Notes: a model not told the origin generated them from the letters alone. 64,000 nt of DNA from an uncultured delta proteobacterium (GCA_963778655.1 CAVZVA010000003.1:512001-576000); one strand, 5' to 3'. Positions 9,918 to 20,907 are shown, counted from the first letter of the stretch. A program made the numbers and translations.

Positions 9918-10865
9918 TCACTGCCCCTCGCCCGCACCGACGCCCCGCCCTCCGCGCGCAGCGCCCGGCCCGTCCTGGACGACGCCGCGGTGCAGGATTG
10001 CGGGCGGCTGGATGCCGTGCTCGCGGAACGCCTGCAGCACGCGCAGGTGCACGTCGGTCTCGAACGGTTTCTCGTAGCGACAGTCGAACACGTAGGGACG
10101 CGCCTTGATGTGAAACGCGACGAAGTCCTGCACAACCTGCTGCCTGGCCAAGAGCGGCACGGGTCGATCGAAGAAGATATAGGGGCTGGTGAGGCACGCC
10201 TCCTGAATCAAGCTCATCGCGAGACGCATGTCCTGGTCGAGCCCTATGTAGAAATCGAGCGGCACCTGCATCTCGAGCGCGCCGTAGTTACCGCTCGATG
10301 CCACGTCGGTGAGGATCTTGTTGTTCGGGATCGTGATCAGGTTGTCGTCTAGCGTGTTCAAGCGCACGCTGCGTAGGCCGATCTTGACGATGTCGCCGTA
10401 GGCACCTGCGTAGGTGACGCGGTCGCCCACCTGAAACGGGCGATCGAACATGATGGTGACGCCGGCGATGAAAGCAGCGACCAGATCGCGCATCGCGAAA
10501 CCGACCGCAAACGCCAGCGCGCCGCCGATCACGGTGAGCGCCGTCGAGTCGAGCCGGATGCTCAAGCCCATGCAGATCATCGCCGCGCCGATGTAGATCA
10601 CGAAGCGCGTGACCGATTCGACCTTCTGAAACGTCGGCCGCCGGTTGGCGAAGCGGACGCTCAAGCGCGCCGAGACGTCGCCGATGACGCGTAACACGAC
10701 CATCGCGCCGACGAGCATCGGGATCGACAGCAGCACGCCGCCCCAGCGAACCAGGTCGGCAAGCTTGCCGATGTCGGGAGTCTCCTGTGCGAAGGCGGCC
10801 GCAGGGGCCAGCACCGCGAGCAAGGCGACGCAGAAGGGGATCCTGGCTCGGTCGGTGGCGCTCAT
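9918..10865 (-). CDS. MscS-family mechanosensitive channel
   Basis: TM helices, then AVGFAMRDLVAAFIAGVTIMFDRPFQVGDRV, IGLRSVRLNTLDDNLITIPNN. Confidence 0.9.
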   Translation of the reverse strand: MSATDRARIPFCVALLAVLAPAAAFAQETPDIGKLADLVRWGGVLLSIPMLVGAMVVLRVIGDVSARLSVRFANRRPTFQKVESVTRFVIYIGAAMICMGLSIRLDSTALTVIGGALAFAVGFAMRDLVAAFIAGVTIMFDRPFQVGDRVTYAGAYGDIVKIGLRSVRLNTLDDNLITIPNNKILTDVASSGNYGALEMQVPLDFYIGLDQDMRLAMSLIQEACLTSPYIFFDRPVPLLARQQVVQDFVAFHIKARPYVFDCRYEKPFETDVHLRVLQAFREHGIQPPAILHRGVVQDGPGAARGGRGVGAGEGQ

Positions 10866-10879
10866 CGCATGCCTCACGT

Positions 10880-13800
10880 TCAGCTGCTCGTGGCCAACAG
10901 GTGACGGCGTTGGAGATACCGGGTGATGGCGCGGTACCAGCCCCACGTCAGCACGTAGCGACCGTCGCGCTCGGAGAAGTAGCCACGGACCATGCCGTAG
11001 CGCAAGGCGTCCTGCACGGCAGACATTCCCAGCTGCGTCGCGCGCGCGATGTCGCTGGGTAGCGCAGGCTCGAGCTGAACGATCGCTCGCAGCACGAACA
11101 CGGCCGCATCGGGTAGTTGCTCGAGGTCGCGGGTGTCCGGTGCGTGGAACACTTTGACGCGCACTGTCCCCTCTCCGTCCTGACCGAGCGAGCGTCGCCA
11201 CATGTGCAGCGCGACACCCGGATTGCCGGCGGCGTAGTCCCAAAGCAGCCGGTAGTAACCGGCCGCCGTGGCGGACAGCGCCTCCTCACGGTCGATCTCG
11301 TCGGCGTCCGCCGGGAGCTTACCGACGAGGTCATCGAAGCTGGGCAATAGCCCGGCAAGTCTGGTGCGCGAGACGAGCAGGCGACTGACGTCCTCGTCGC
11401 CCCACGGTGCGAGCGTGACCACCTCGTCGAACAACGGGCGAGCGCCGCGCGCGCGTTCGAAGAAGCGCCACACAGACTCGTCGATGGCGAGCACCCAGGT
11501 GCAGGTAGAGCTCCTGCGCCGGGCGATCTCGATCAGATGATCGAACGCCGCCAGGCCCCCCATCACCGGCAGGATCAGGCGGTGTGCGTCGTCGATCAGT
11601 AGGCCCGCATCGCGGTCGGGCGCGTCGATTGCGGCCGCCGCTTGATCCAAGGTCGCGTCCTCGGCCAGTCCGGCACGGCTGACCAGCTCTCGGCGCAACG
11701 CCTCGAGCCCGCCGACAGGGCACTGCACGGTGACCGTGTCCGCGCGCCCGGCGACCCTGGACAGCGTGGTGGTCTTGCCCGCGCCGCGCTCCCCGACCAC
11801 GGCAAACACCCCGCCGCCCGGACGCGTGATGCGCTCCACGATTGCGTCTACCTCGTCGCCCACACGGTCGTCGATCAACGTCTCGGATCGGCGGTTCGGC
11901 GAGAGAGCCTCAAACGCGTCGACCAGCAGGGGCCGCAACGTCGGCCGTACCGCTTCCTTCTCCAGCTTGTCGAGGCCACGGCGAAACAGATACGCGTGGG
12001 CGCGTCGGGTCAGATCGAAACGCCCTGCCCACGTTCGCACGGCGCGGACGGCACCCTGGACGAACAGCACCACGCCGGCAGCGGCCGCAGAGAACAAGCT
12101 CTTGTAGCCGTGCTGGTTCGCCATGGCCCAGGCGTGAAACGCGTTCTTCCTGCGGATGCGCGCGACGCGCTCGAAGATGGTCTCGCGCCACCAGCGCACG
12201 ATCAGCAAGGCGAGCGGGGGCGCGGCGAGCCAGCAGGTGGAAAACACCCAGCTGTAGATGGTGCCTTTGCCGACCAGCCGGTCGCTGAGCCCGAGGATCA
12301 ACCCAAAGGCGACCACGGCGTGGCCGAGCAGCCGCAACGAGCGCAAGCGCAGGGCGGCGTGGATACCCTGCCGGTCGCGCGCGTCTCCGGCGATCGCGTC
12401 GAGCGATAGCACGACGAGCGAGCCTCCGAGCGTCCATGCGAGCACCGTGCTCGCGATGTCCACCTCGAACAGCCCCTGTGCCGGTGCAGGCAAGAGCTGC
12501 ACCAGCACGAATACGAGCAGCAGCCACTGCAGCGGCTGGCGCACGTGGATCAGGAACTCGAGCACGCGCTCTGCGGGAGTGGGCTCGATGACCGCCGCCG
12601 TCATGCTCGAGGCGCGCTCGTGCCTCGCCCGCAGCGCAAGCGTGATGCGGCGCTTCGCGTAGAAGAACAGGGCCAGGGCCATCGCCCACTCGACCGCGAC
12701 GAACCCGATCGTCACCGCCCCGCGTTCGGTGCCTTTGCGGCCGTCGCGCAGCGAGGCGACCCAGCGCAGCAAGACGTGCATGTGGTAGCGCGCGAGCAGC
12801 GTCACCTGGCGCGCTTCGGCCACCGCCTGATCGAAGCCGGCGGGACCAAAGCCCGTGACCGCCCCGCGCTTCTGGCTCGACAGCAGCGGCAACAGCGCGA
12901 GCCGGTCGCCGTTCAACGCGATCATGTCCTCGTTGAGCTGGTCGAGCTGGGTCTCGCGGAACGCGGCAAACGCAGCGCGCAAGACACCCGCCTCGCGTGT
13001 GAGCGTGGAGCGCAGACGGTCGACCTCTGCATGGTCGACGTCGTAGGGAAGACTGAGCGCCACCGCGCCGGGCGAGGGCGCGGGCCGCTGCTTCGCGGAG
13101 AGCTCCCGGCCGAGCTCGTCGCGCACGCTGCGCAGGTGTGCACGGAGCTCGTCGTAGAGCGCGTCCGCGGACGCGTCGTCGGTCAATCGCATGTCGATCA
13201 ACTGGCGCACCTTACGGCGCAGCCCGAGCGTCCGGTCGCGGCGCTCCAAGAGACGCGCGCGCTTGCGCGCCAGGTCGGCCTCGGCCTCGGTCTGTCGTTG
13301 CGCCACGCCGAGCAAGCGCGCGTGCTCCTCGGCCACGGCGCGCTCGGCCTCATTGCGCGCACGTTGGGCGGCCTCGAGCGCGCGTTGGCGCTCCTGCTCG
13401 GCCTCCTGTGCGCGGCGCTCCGCGTCGCTGATAACCTGCTGCGTCTTTTGCTGCTGGCTCGCCTGCTCTTCGGCGCGCTTCTGCTGCGCGTCGAGCAACG
13501 CGCCGCGTTCGGTCGCTGGCAGCGAGTAGAAGGCGAGCCGCGCTCGAATCGAGGGCGACCCGCGCGGTCCAGATCTCGGCGTCGAGGGGCGGCCCGGCGT
13601 CGGCCACGCCGGCGTCCATCGGCGGGCCGGCGGCTTCCGTCTTCGCGTGGCGCTTGTGCTTGGCTTTGAGCTTACCCTTGGAGGGCGGAGCCGGCGGCCG
13701 CGCCTGCGGCGCGAGCAAGCGTCGCAGGCGCTCGGCTTCGACGCGCAGCGCAGCCTCGTCGTCCAGTGGCACGTCGAACAGAGAGGCGGGCTGCACGCTG

Positions 13801-14087
13801 GGGTCCAGCGTCCCCGCGCGCAGCGCGTCGACCTTCGCGGCCGTGTCCCGCAGGGCCCGGACCGCGGGGTCGGGTGCCGCCGGTACGGAGGCATCCGGGG
13901 TCTGCCGCCTGGCGGGTGCCGCCGCGCCCGCAGCGTTCGGGGTCGCCGCGTCGGGTGCCGGCTGGGCGGTTGCGCGCGCGAGCAGCCCGAGCCAAAGGGC
14001 GCCGCCGAGCAGCGCACGGCCCGCGAGCTCGCGGCCACGGAGCCCACGACGCTGGCGTTGGCACCCTCTGCGCATGGAGTGCGCCAT
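10880..14087 (-). CDS. Large membrane protein with coiled coil, several TM helices and a C-terminal P-loop ATPase (one frameshift near 13548)
   Basis: Signal peptide in the 13350..14633 frame joins the 10880 frame at 'RVALD|RARLAFY' (one extra base). Walker A GERGAGKTT, Walker B LLIDDAH. Confidence 0.75.
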
Positions 14088-14263
14088 TGTCGCCGGTTGC
14101 GGCGTCTGCGTCGAGGTTTCGCGTTTCGCCGGCAACCACTCGACTCGCGCCGGCGGCCGCCGGCGGAGCTCGCCCGTGCTCGCCGGCCCGCTCCCGCAAG
14201 CGCCCGAGATCACAGCACGGGCGAGTCGGCGCGGGGCCTGCAACGCGAGTGGCGGAGGCGACC

Positions 14264-14950
14264 ATGACCAGTAAACCCAGCGGCCAGATGGAGCGCTTCG
14301 GCGCGCGCGAGCGCTTGATGCTGCACGGCGAGCAGGCACTGAGCGACGCCGAGCTGGTCGCGATCCTGCTCGGCACGGGCTCGGCTCGAGACCCGGTCGC
14401 GGTGCTCGCGCAAAAGCTGATCGAGCAGGCCGGTGGGCTCGCCGGGCTGCGCCGGGCCGGTCTTTCGGCGTTGAGCCGGTTCCCCGGGATCGGCGCGACC
14501 AAGGCCTGCCGCCTGCGCGCAGCGCTCGAGCTCGGCGTGCGCCTGAGCGCATCGCCGCTGCGGCCCCGCGAGCCGCTGCAGCAGAGCGCGGACGTGGCGA
14601 GCGCGCTCGGCCCGCGCCTGCGCGGGGCGGCACGCGAGCACTTCTTCGCGCTCGCGCTCGACGCCAAGAATCGGCCGGTGGCCGAGATCCTGGTCGCGGT
14701 CGGCAGCCTGACTGCCTGCGCGATCACACCGGCCGACGTATTCCGGCTGGTGCTGCGGGAGCCGGCCGCGGCGGTGGTCTTCGTGCACAACCACCCCAGC
14801 GGCGAGCCCGCCCCCAGCAGCGAGGACGTACGCGTCACCGAGCGCCTACAGCAAGCCGGCGCGCTGCTCGGGGTCAAGGTGCTGGACCACGTGATCCTGG
14901 GTCACGACAGCCACTTCAGCTTCCTCGACGCGGGATTGCTGAGCGCGTGA
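14264..14950 (+). CDS. radC: RadC/UPF0758 JAB-domain protein
   Basis: RERL..G...LSDAELVAILLGTG, HhH motif PGIGATKA, HNHPSGEPAPSSED, LDHVILG. Confidence 0.95.
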   Translation: MTSKPSGQMERFGARERLMLHGEQALSDAELVAILLGTGSARDPVAVLAQKLIEQAGGLAGLRRAGLSALSRFPGIGATKACRLRAALELGVRLSASPLRPREPLQQSADVASALGPRLRGAAREHFFALALDAKNRPVAEILVAVGSLTACAITPADVFRLVLREPAAAVVFVHNHPSGEPAPSSEDVRVTERLQQAGALLGVKVLDHVILGHDSHFSFLDAGLLSA

Positions 14951-15045
14951 GGGAGGTTGAAGGTGGAGGCGGAGGCGGGAGACGAGGGCGAAGAGGACAA
15001 AGAGGAGGACTACGAGGACGAGGATGAGTAGGAGCAGGAGGGTGA
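14951..15045 (+). repeat. Purine-rich low-complexity tract (GAG/GGA/GAC)
   Basis: gggaggttgaaggtggaggcggaggcgggagacgagggcgaagaggacaaagaggaggactacgaggacgaggatgagtaggagcaggagg; intergenic. Confidence 0.6.
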
Positions 15046-15176
15046 ATACGGCCGCGGCTGGCGGGCGCAGGCGGGTGCGAGCCGGGGCGGCAGGGGGGCA
15101 TCCACCGTGCGCTTGACACCCTCCAGATCGCGTGCTTCTCTCCCGCGTCCCGGGCCCCGGCCCGCGAGTAACGGCC

Positions 15177-15326
15177 GTGAGACGCACCTATCAGCCACAC
15201 CGAAAGCGCCGCCTGCGAACGCACGGATTTCGCGCGCGAATGAAGACGGCGACCGGCCGTCAAGTGATCAGCAACCGGCGCCGCAAGGGGCGCCGGCGCC
15301 TGGCGGTCGGCGTCTACAAGAAGTGA
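15177..15326 (+). CDS. rpmH: 50S ribosomal protein L34
   Basis: GTG start; [38 protein letters not shown]. Confidence 0.97.
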   Translation: MRRTYQPHRKRRLRTHGFRARMKTATGRQVISNRRRKGRRRLAVGVYKK

Positions 15327-15724
15327 GCCTTCGCCCGGCGCCCGCTCAAGGCCATCGGCGCGCGGACCGCATCCTCAGTCGCAGCGACTTCCTGCGTGTG
15401 CAGCGCGAAGGGAAACGCGTGCACACCGCCCATTTCGTCATCCTGGTCCTGCCCGCCGGCGCGCAGCGGCTCGGCATCACGGCCACCCGGCGCACGGCCG
15501 GAGCGGTCGGGCGCAACCGGATAAGACGCCTGGTCCGGGAGGTCTTCCGGCGCGAGCGGGGGCTCTTTCCCCCCGCGTGCGAGCTGGTCTTTGTGGCCCG
15601 GACCGGGGCCGACCGGCTAGATTACGCCACCGTCCGCGGCGAGGTCGCGGCGGCCGGCAGCGCGCTCTTGCGCGCCGCCCGGGAACGCCGCACGCGTCCC
15701 GACCCGAGCGAGGCAAGCTCATGA
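15323..15724 (+). CDS. rnpA: Ribonuclease P protein component
   Basis: [28 protein letters not shown] (RNR motif); GTGA overlap with rpmH. Confidence 0.93.
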   Translation: MSLRPAPAQGHRRADRILSRSDFLRVQREGKRVHTAHFVILVLPAGAQRLGITATRRTAGAVGRNRIRRLVREVFRRERGLFPPACELVFVARTGADRLDYATVRGEVAAAGSALLRAARERRTRPDPSEASS

Positions 15725-16019
15725 TCACACGCGCGTCGCTGTGGCTGATCCGGCTCTACCAGCTGCTGCTGTCGCCGCTGCTGGGCTCGACCTGCCGCTT
15801 CCACCCGAGCTGCTCGAGCTACACCGCCACCTGCATCGAGCGTTTCGGCGCCGGCCGCGGGCTGTGGCTCGGCGCGCGGCGCCTGCTGCGCTGCCACCCG
15901 TTCCATCCGGGCGGCTACGACCCCCGCCTTCGTGCACCGCGCCCGCGCCCAACCCGGCCGCAAGCCGGGCGCGGCCGGCCGCGCTGCCGGAGCCGAGCGC
16001 CCTCCCTCCCCGCGACTAG
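15721..16019 (+). CDS. yidD: Membrane protein insertion efficiency factor YidD (probable C-run frameshift near 15923)
   Basis: [25 protein letters not shown]...[15 protein letters not shown]. One extra C would give YDPPP and a stop at 16019 instead of overlapping yidC. Confidence 0.9.
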
Positions 16020-16031
16020 GACCCGCCGCGC

Positions 16032-17789
16032 ATGGACGACTCCGGGAAACGCAATCTGCTGCTGATCGGCCTGTTGGCGCTCGCGCTGGTGGTGCCCATG
16101 CTGCTCTCTCCGGCCAAGCACGCAGCGCCCAAGGGCACGGGCGGCAAGGCGCAACCGGCCGCCGCCCGTGAGAAGAGCGCTCCCGACGCCGGGCCGAGCA
16201 GCGCGGCGACCAGCGCCGCGCGCAAGGCCTTGCAGAAGCTGGGACGCATCCGCACGCCCGAGTTCAGCGCGCTGGTCTCTAGCCTCAACGGCGGGCTGAC
16301 GCGCTTCGAGCTCGAGACCGCGCGCTACCACAGCCGCGGCAAGCCGGTCGACATCGTCACCACCAATCGCGAGCCCTACCTCCCGCTGGCGGTGGACATC
16401 GACGGGCTGCCGGTCGACGCGCGCAGCACCTGGGACTTGCAGCAGCTCTCGCCCAGCGCGGTGCTGCTCAGCCGTGAGGCCGCAGGCCTGCGCGTCAGCC
16501 GTAAGCTCGAGGCCGGGCGCAGCCCCTACCAGCTCTGGCTCACCACCCACATCGAGAACCGCAGCGACAGCACGCGCACGGTCCAGCTCCACATCTCGAC
16601 CTACCACTACGTCACGCGCGAGGCCGAGGGCGGGCACGTGCCGCTGTTGCCGGTGCGTTCCGCGGCCATCAGTCACGCGCTGTGCCGCCACGACGGCGAC
16701 CTCGAACGCAAGGACCGCAAGGCGCTATCCAGCTCCCAGAGCTACCACGGCCCGATCGTCTTCGACGGGATCGAGAACGTGTATTTCCTGAGCGCGGTCG
16801 CGCCGGACTCGGACGACACGCTGGACTGCCGCCTGGACGCCGCCGCTCGCGGGGGCACCGAGGAAAACCCGACCGGCACGCTGTTCAGCGCGCGCCTGAG
16901 CTACCGCGAGGTGGAGCTCGCGCCCCACGGCAGCAAGACCTACCGCACGCTGGCCTATCTCGGACCCAAGAGCCCGGGCGAGCTCGCGGCCGCGGGCCAC
17001 TCGCTCAAGGGCGCGATCCAGAGCGGCTGGTTCACCAGCCTGGCCGAAGGCCTGACCTGGCTGCTGCGCAAGATCCACGAGGGCGTCGGCAACTGGGGCG
17101 TCGCGATCATCCTGCTGACCTTCCTGGTCAAGGCGACGCTGTTCCCCCTGACCGCCAAGCAGATGCAGTCGATGGCGCGGATGAAGGAGCTCAAGCCCGA
17201 GCTCGACCGCATCAACGAGCTGTACGGCGACGACCGCGAGAAGAAGGGCGCCGCGATCATGGAGCTGTACCGCAAGCGGGGCGTCAACCCGATGGCGGGC
17301 TGCTTCCCGGTGCTGCTGCAGCTGCCGATCTGGTTCTCGCTCTACGCCTCGCTCTCGAGCAATGTCGAGCTGTTCCGGGCGCCGTTCGCGCTGTGGTGGA
17401 CGGACCTCTCCTCACCCGACCCCTTGTTCGTGCTGCCGCTGGCCCTGGGGGTGCTGATGTTCGTGCAGCAGAAGATCTCCCCGGCCACGGGCGTGGACCC
17501 ACTGCAGCAAAAGCTGATGCTGTACATGATGCCGGCCATGATCACGAGCTTCATGCTGTTTTTGCCCGCCGGCTTGTGTCTGTACATGTTCACCAACTCT
17601 GCGCTAAGTATAGGTCAGCAGCGACTGATCGAGGTTCGCTTGAAGACGGCATCCAAGGCCCCAACCGAGCCCGAATCCAAGGATCAGGACGCGCCTTCCC
17701 CGCGATCCGAAAAGCCTTCCGCCAACGAGCAGCCCAAGGGCGCAGTGCCCAGCAAAGCAGAACGGAGGTGGCGCCGTGGCAAGAGATAA
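16032..17789 (+). CDS. yidC: Membrane protein insertase YidC
   Basis: [55 protein letters not shown]. Confidence 0.97.
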   Translation: MDDSGKRNLLLIGLLALALVVPMLLSPAKHAAPKGTGGKAQPAAAREKSAPDAGPSSAATSAARKALQKLGRIRTPEFSALVSSLNGGLTRFELETARYHSRGKPVDIVTTNREPYLPLAVDIDGLPVDARSTWDLQQLSPSAVLLSREAAGLRVSRKLEAGRSPYQLWLTTHIENRSDSTRTVQLHISTYHYVTREAEGGHVPLLPVRSAAISHALCRHDGDLERKDRKALSSSQSYHGPIVFDGIENVYFLSAVAPDSDDTLDCRLDAAARGGTEENPTGTLFSARLSYREVELAPHGSKTYRTLAYLGPKSPGELAAAGHSLKGAIQSGWFTSLAEGLTWLLRKIHEGVGNWGVAIILLTFLVKATLFPLTAKQMQSMARMKELKPELDRINELYGDDREKKGAAIMELYRKRGVNPMAGCFPVLLQLPIWFSLYASLSSNVELFRAPFALWWTDLSSPDPLFVLPLALGVLMFVQQKISPATGVDPLQQKLMLYMMPAMITSFMLFLPAGLCLYMFTNSALSIGQQRLIEVRLKTASKAPTEPESKDQDAPSPRSEKPSANEQPKGAVPSKAERRWRRGKR

Positions 17790-18369
17790 CAAGCCCCCCG
17801 AGATGGACGGAGCCCTGATCGTCGAGGGCGACGACGCCGCCGCGGTCGATGCCCCGCCGCTCGAGCCCCAAGAAGACGGCAAGGCCGAGCTGGCGCTCGA
17901 AATGGTCAGCGAGATCGTCGGCCGTATGGGGCTGATCCTCGCTGTCAAGATCCGCGAGGACGCCGACGAGGTAGTGCTCGACATCGGCGGCGAGGACGCC
18001 GGGCGCGTGATCGGCAAGAAGGGCCAGACGCTGGACGCGCTGCAGTTCATTATCAACAAGATCGTCAATCGCTTCCCCGAGGGCCGCCGCCACGTGCTGC
18101 TCGACTCCGGCGACTACCGGCAGCGACGCGAGGACGGGCTGGCGTCGATGGCGCGGCGCGAGGCCAAGCGCGCCGTGGCCCAGAGTCGCATCGTGACGCT
18201 CGAGCCGATGTCGCCGCGCGACCGGCGCGTTGTGCACCTGTCGCTGGCCAAATTCCCGGGTGTGAGCACGCGCTCGGATGGCGAGGGCAACGAGCGCCGG
18301 GTGCGCATCATTCCCGCGCGCGCGCACGGCGGCAGCCGCGATCGGGATCGCGGCCGCTATCGCAGGTAG
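17776..18369 (+). CDS. jag: Jag/KhpB (EloR) KH+R3H RNA-binding protein lacking the Jag_N domain
   Basis: GRVIGKKGQTLDALQ (KH); LEPMSPRDRRVVHLSL...STRSDGEG..RRV (R3H); follows yidC. Confidence 0.92.
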   Translation: MARDNKPPEMDGALIVEGDDAAAVDAPPLEPQEDGKAELALEMVSEIVGRMGLILAVKIREDADEVVLDIGGEDAGRVIGKKGQTLDALQFIINKIVNRFPEGRRHVLLDSGDYRQRREDGLASMARREAKRAVAQSRIVTLEPMSPRDRRVVHLSLAKFPGVSTRSDGEGNERRVRIIPARAHGGSRDRDRGRYRR

Positions 18370-19007
18370 AGCGTGACGCAGCGCGGCGCGCCCGAAAACG
18401 GCAGCCGGTAGTCGCGGCGCAGCAGCAGCTGCACGCCCTCGGGCGGCGGCGGCGGCGGTGCGCTGGCCGTGAGCACGAGCGCGCGCGGCGCCAGCGCAAG
18501 CGCCAGCGGCAGCCAGCGCTCGGGCAGAAAGGTGGCGCGCGAGCACGCCAGGTCGAACGGCGCGCCCGGCAGCGGGCCGGCGCCGGGCCGTGCCGGATCG
18601 AGACGCCGCTGCAGCACCTGCACGCGCTGCAGCAGCGCCAGTCGCGCCGCGGCGTTGCGCAGAAACGCCGTGCGCTTGGCCTGAGGCTCGACGCACAGCG
18701 CCGACAAGTCGGCGCGCAGCAGCAGCAGCGGCAACAGCGGGGCGCCGGCCCCGGTGCCCACGTCGATCAGGCGCGCGCCGGTCGCCGTGAGCGCAGGCTC
18801 GGAGAGCACGAACGCGTCGCTCAGCAGAACCTCGCACAGCGCCTCGGCCCCGCGTGCGGCCGTCAAGTCGAGCTTGCGGTTCCAGCTCGAAACCAGCGCC
18901 ACGTAGCCGCACAGCCCTGCGTGCTGGCCGGGCGAGAGCGCCTGCCCAAAGGCCGCCGCGACCCGCTCGACCACCCCGCCGTCCCGTGCAGGCTCGAACT
19001 CCATCAC
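18357..19007 (-). CDS. rsmG: 16S rRNA m7G527 methyltransferase
   Basis: WNRKLDLTA, LIDVGTGAGAP, VEPQAKRTAFL, FDLACSRA. Confidence 0.85.
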   Translation of the reverse strand: MMEFEPARDGGVVERVAAAFGQALSPGQHAGLCGYVALVSSWNRKLDLTAARGAEALCEVLLSDAFVLSEPALTATGARLIDVGTGAGAPLLPLLLLRADLSALCVEPQAKRTAFLRNAAARLALLQRVQVLQRRLDPARPGAGPLPGAPFDLACSRATFLPERWLPLALALAPRALVLTASAPPPPPPEGVQLLLRRDYRLPFSGAPRCVTLYLR

Positions 19008-19090
19008 GTGCGCGTGATATCGCGGGGGCGCGGCGCCGGCAAACGCGCCACGGCTTTACCGCAAGCGCGGCCGGGGTTACTCCTGCGCGG

Positions 19091-20176
19091 ATGGACGCCG
19101 ACGGCATCGATCTCTCGCCCGCGCTGCGCCGGCTGTGCGGCGGCGCAGAGCCCGTGGCGCGCCTGAACAAGCTCAAGGGCGACGCCTCGACCCGCAGCTA
19201 CTACCGCCTGCAGCTGCAAGGCCCCTTGCCGTCCGGCGTGCCGCGCTCGCTGATCGCGATGCGCTTGCCCGAAGACGCGCTTGGCAGCGACGAGGGCCAG
19301 GGTGGCGAGCGCCCGCTCGAGCTGCCCTTCATCGACGTGCAGCGCATGCTCGCGGCGCGCGCGATCCCGGTGCCCCGCATCCTGGTCGACGACACGCAAG
19401 GTCGCGTGCTGCTGCTGCAGGACCTGGGCGACGAGACCTTCGGCGAGCGCCTGGCACGCACGCCCCGCGCGGACTGGCCCGCGCTGTACGCGCATGCGAT
19501 CGAGCTGCTCGCGCGCATGCACCGCGCCTGCGAAGGCGGTGCGCCCGGCGAGAGCATCGCCTTCCGCCGCCACTTCGAGCCCGCGCTGCTGCGCTGGGAG
19601 CTCGAGCACTTCGTGGAGTGGGGTCTGACGGCGCCGTTCGGACCGCTCGCGCCCGCCGAGAGCGCCGCGCTCGGCCGCGAGCTCGACGCGCTCGGCGCAC
19701 TGGTCGCGGCGCTGCCGCGGGGCTTCGTCCACCGCGACTACCAATCGCGGAACCTGATGTGGGCGCCCGACGGCCGCCTGACCGTGATCGACTTCCAGGA
19801 CGCGCTGCAGGGCCCGGCTGTGTACGACCTGTGTGCGCTACTGTGCGATTCGTACGTCGCGCTGGAGCAATCCGAGCAGGAAGCCCTGGTCGCGCGCTAC
19901 GCACACGCCATGGGCCAGGACGCCGCGCGGGTGCAAGCCGCGTTCTGGCAGGTGGCGGCGCAGCGCAAGCTCAAGGATGCGGGTCGCTTCGTGTTCATCG
20001 ACCGGGTACGCGGCAACCCCGACTTTCTGCGCTTCTTTCCGCAAAGCCTGCGCTACGCCGGACACGCGCTGCGCGCCGCGGGGCACGAGGCGCTGCTGCA
20101 GCGGCTCGCCCGACTGCTGCCGGGCTTTCCCGACCAGGTTGCGGTGCCGGCGGCGCAGAGCCGCTGCGCGATGTGA
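19091..20176 (+). CDS. APH-family phosphotransferase, AmgK-like (MurNAc/GlcNAc kinase)
   Basis: GDASTRSYYR, LLQDLGD, VHRDYQSRNLM, VIDFQDALQGP, QRKLKDAGRF. Confidence 0.85.
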   Translation: MDADGIDLSPALRRLCGGAEPVARLNKLKGDASTRSYYRLQLQGPLPSGVPRSLIAMRLPEDALGSDEGQGGERPLELPFIDVQRMLAARAIPVPRILVDDTQGRVLLLQDLGDETFGERLARTPRADWPALYAHAIELLARMHRACEGGAPGESIAFRRHFEPALLRWELEHFVEWGLTAPFGPLAPAESAALGRELDALGALVAALPRGFVHRDYQSRNLMWAPDGRLTVIDFQDALQGPAVYDLCALLCDSYVALEQSEQEALVARYAHAMGQDAARVQAAFWQVAAQRKLKDAGRFVFIDRVRGNPDFLRFFPQSLRYAGHALRAAGHEALLQRLARLLPGFPDQVAVPAAQSRCAM

Positions 20177-20304
20177 GCCAGGCTACCCGTCAAGCTCGCG
20201 GGGTCTCTGACCCGCGGCAGGGAGGCGCCTGGCTTGCCTGTTTCGAGCCCATGTCCCGGGGACTTGCCCCTGCCGGGGGCACTAGTAGACTCCCGGCGGT
20301 CGCG

Positions 20305-20763
20305 ATGGCTCCCACGATTCGCCGCTTTGGCGCTGATCGGCCCGCGGGCGCGACGCGCGCCGTGTGCATGGCCGCGCTGTTGTGGTCGCTGCCGGCGGCA
20401 GCGAGCGCCTTGCCCGCACGCGTGGCGCAGGCCGGCCACGCGCCCAAGCCGCATTCCACCGGGACCATGTGCGCCGCGCCCCCCGCCGCCACGCCCTCGG
20501 GCACCAGCATTCCGCCGGCCGGCGACGACGAGCTGCCGTGGTGCGTGAACGGATCGGATCCACGTTGTGCGCCCTTGCACCACGACTCGGCGCCGTTGCA
20601 CGTCGAGGGCCGCCCGGCCGCCACCGCGGACGCCAACGCGCTGCCGTGCCTGCTGCCGGATGGAAGCGCGCAGAAGCATCGCCCGCAGCTGGGCCTTTCC
20701 CCACGATCGGGCGTGAGCGAACGGTTGGAGCGCCCGCCGCGCGCAATTCGGCGGCCGGCTTGA
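20305..20763 (+). CDS. Hypothetical exported Cys-containing protein with C-terminal LERPPR (possible regulatory leader)
   Basis: 152-aa ORF with a signal-like segment, LPWCVNGSDPRC and RLERPPR near the C-terminus; start uncertain. Confidence 0.5.
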   Translation: MAPTIRRFGADRPAGATRAVCMAALLWSLPAAASALPARVAQAGHAPKPHSTGTMCAAPPAATPSGTSIPPAGDDELPWCVNGSDPRCAPLHHDSAPLHVEGRPAATADANALPCLLPDGSAQKHRPQLGLSPRSGVSERLERPPRAIRRPA

Positions 20764-20907
20764 TGCGAGCGCGCGCGGCCAGCCCGCGCCCGCCCGCAGC
20801 GGGCTGACTGCCCTGCGATCCAACCCGTTTTTTCGCAGTTTGACCTCAACCGGCGCCGCCCGAGGTCGGGACGGAGTACCCGCCCGCCGGCGCCACGGAG
20901 AGAGACC

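Noticed and set aside
14264..14950. radC as a marker of a mobile element
   Set aside because: Full-length HhH+JAB chromosomal form in a housekeeping context; no integrase nearby.
15915..16065. Extended YidD C-terminus overlapping yidC
   Set aside because: Best explained by one missing C in a homopolymer (probable sequencing error).
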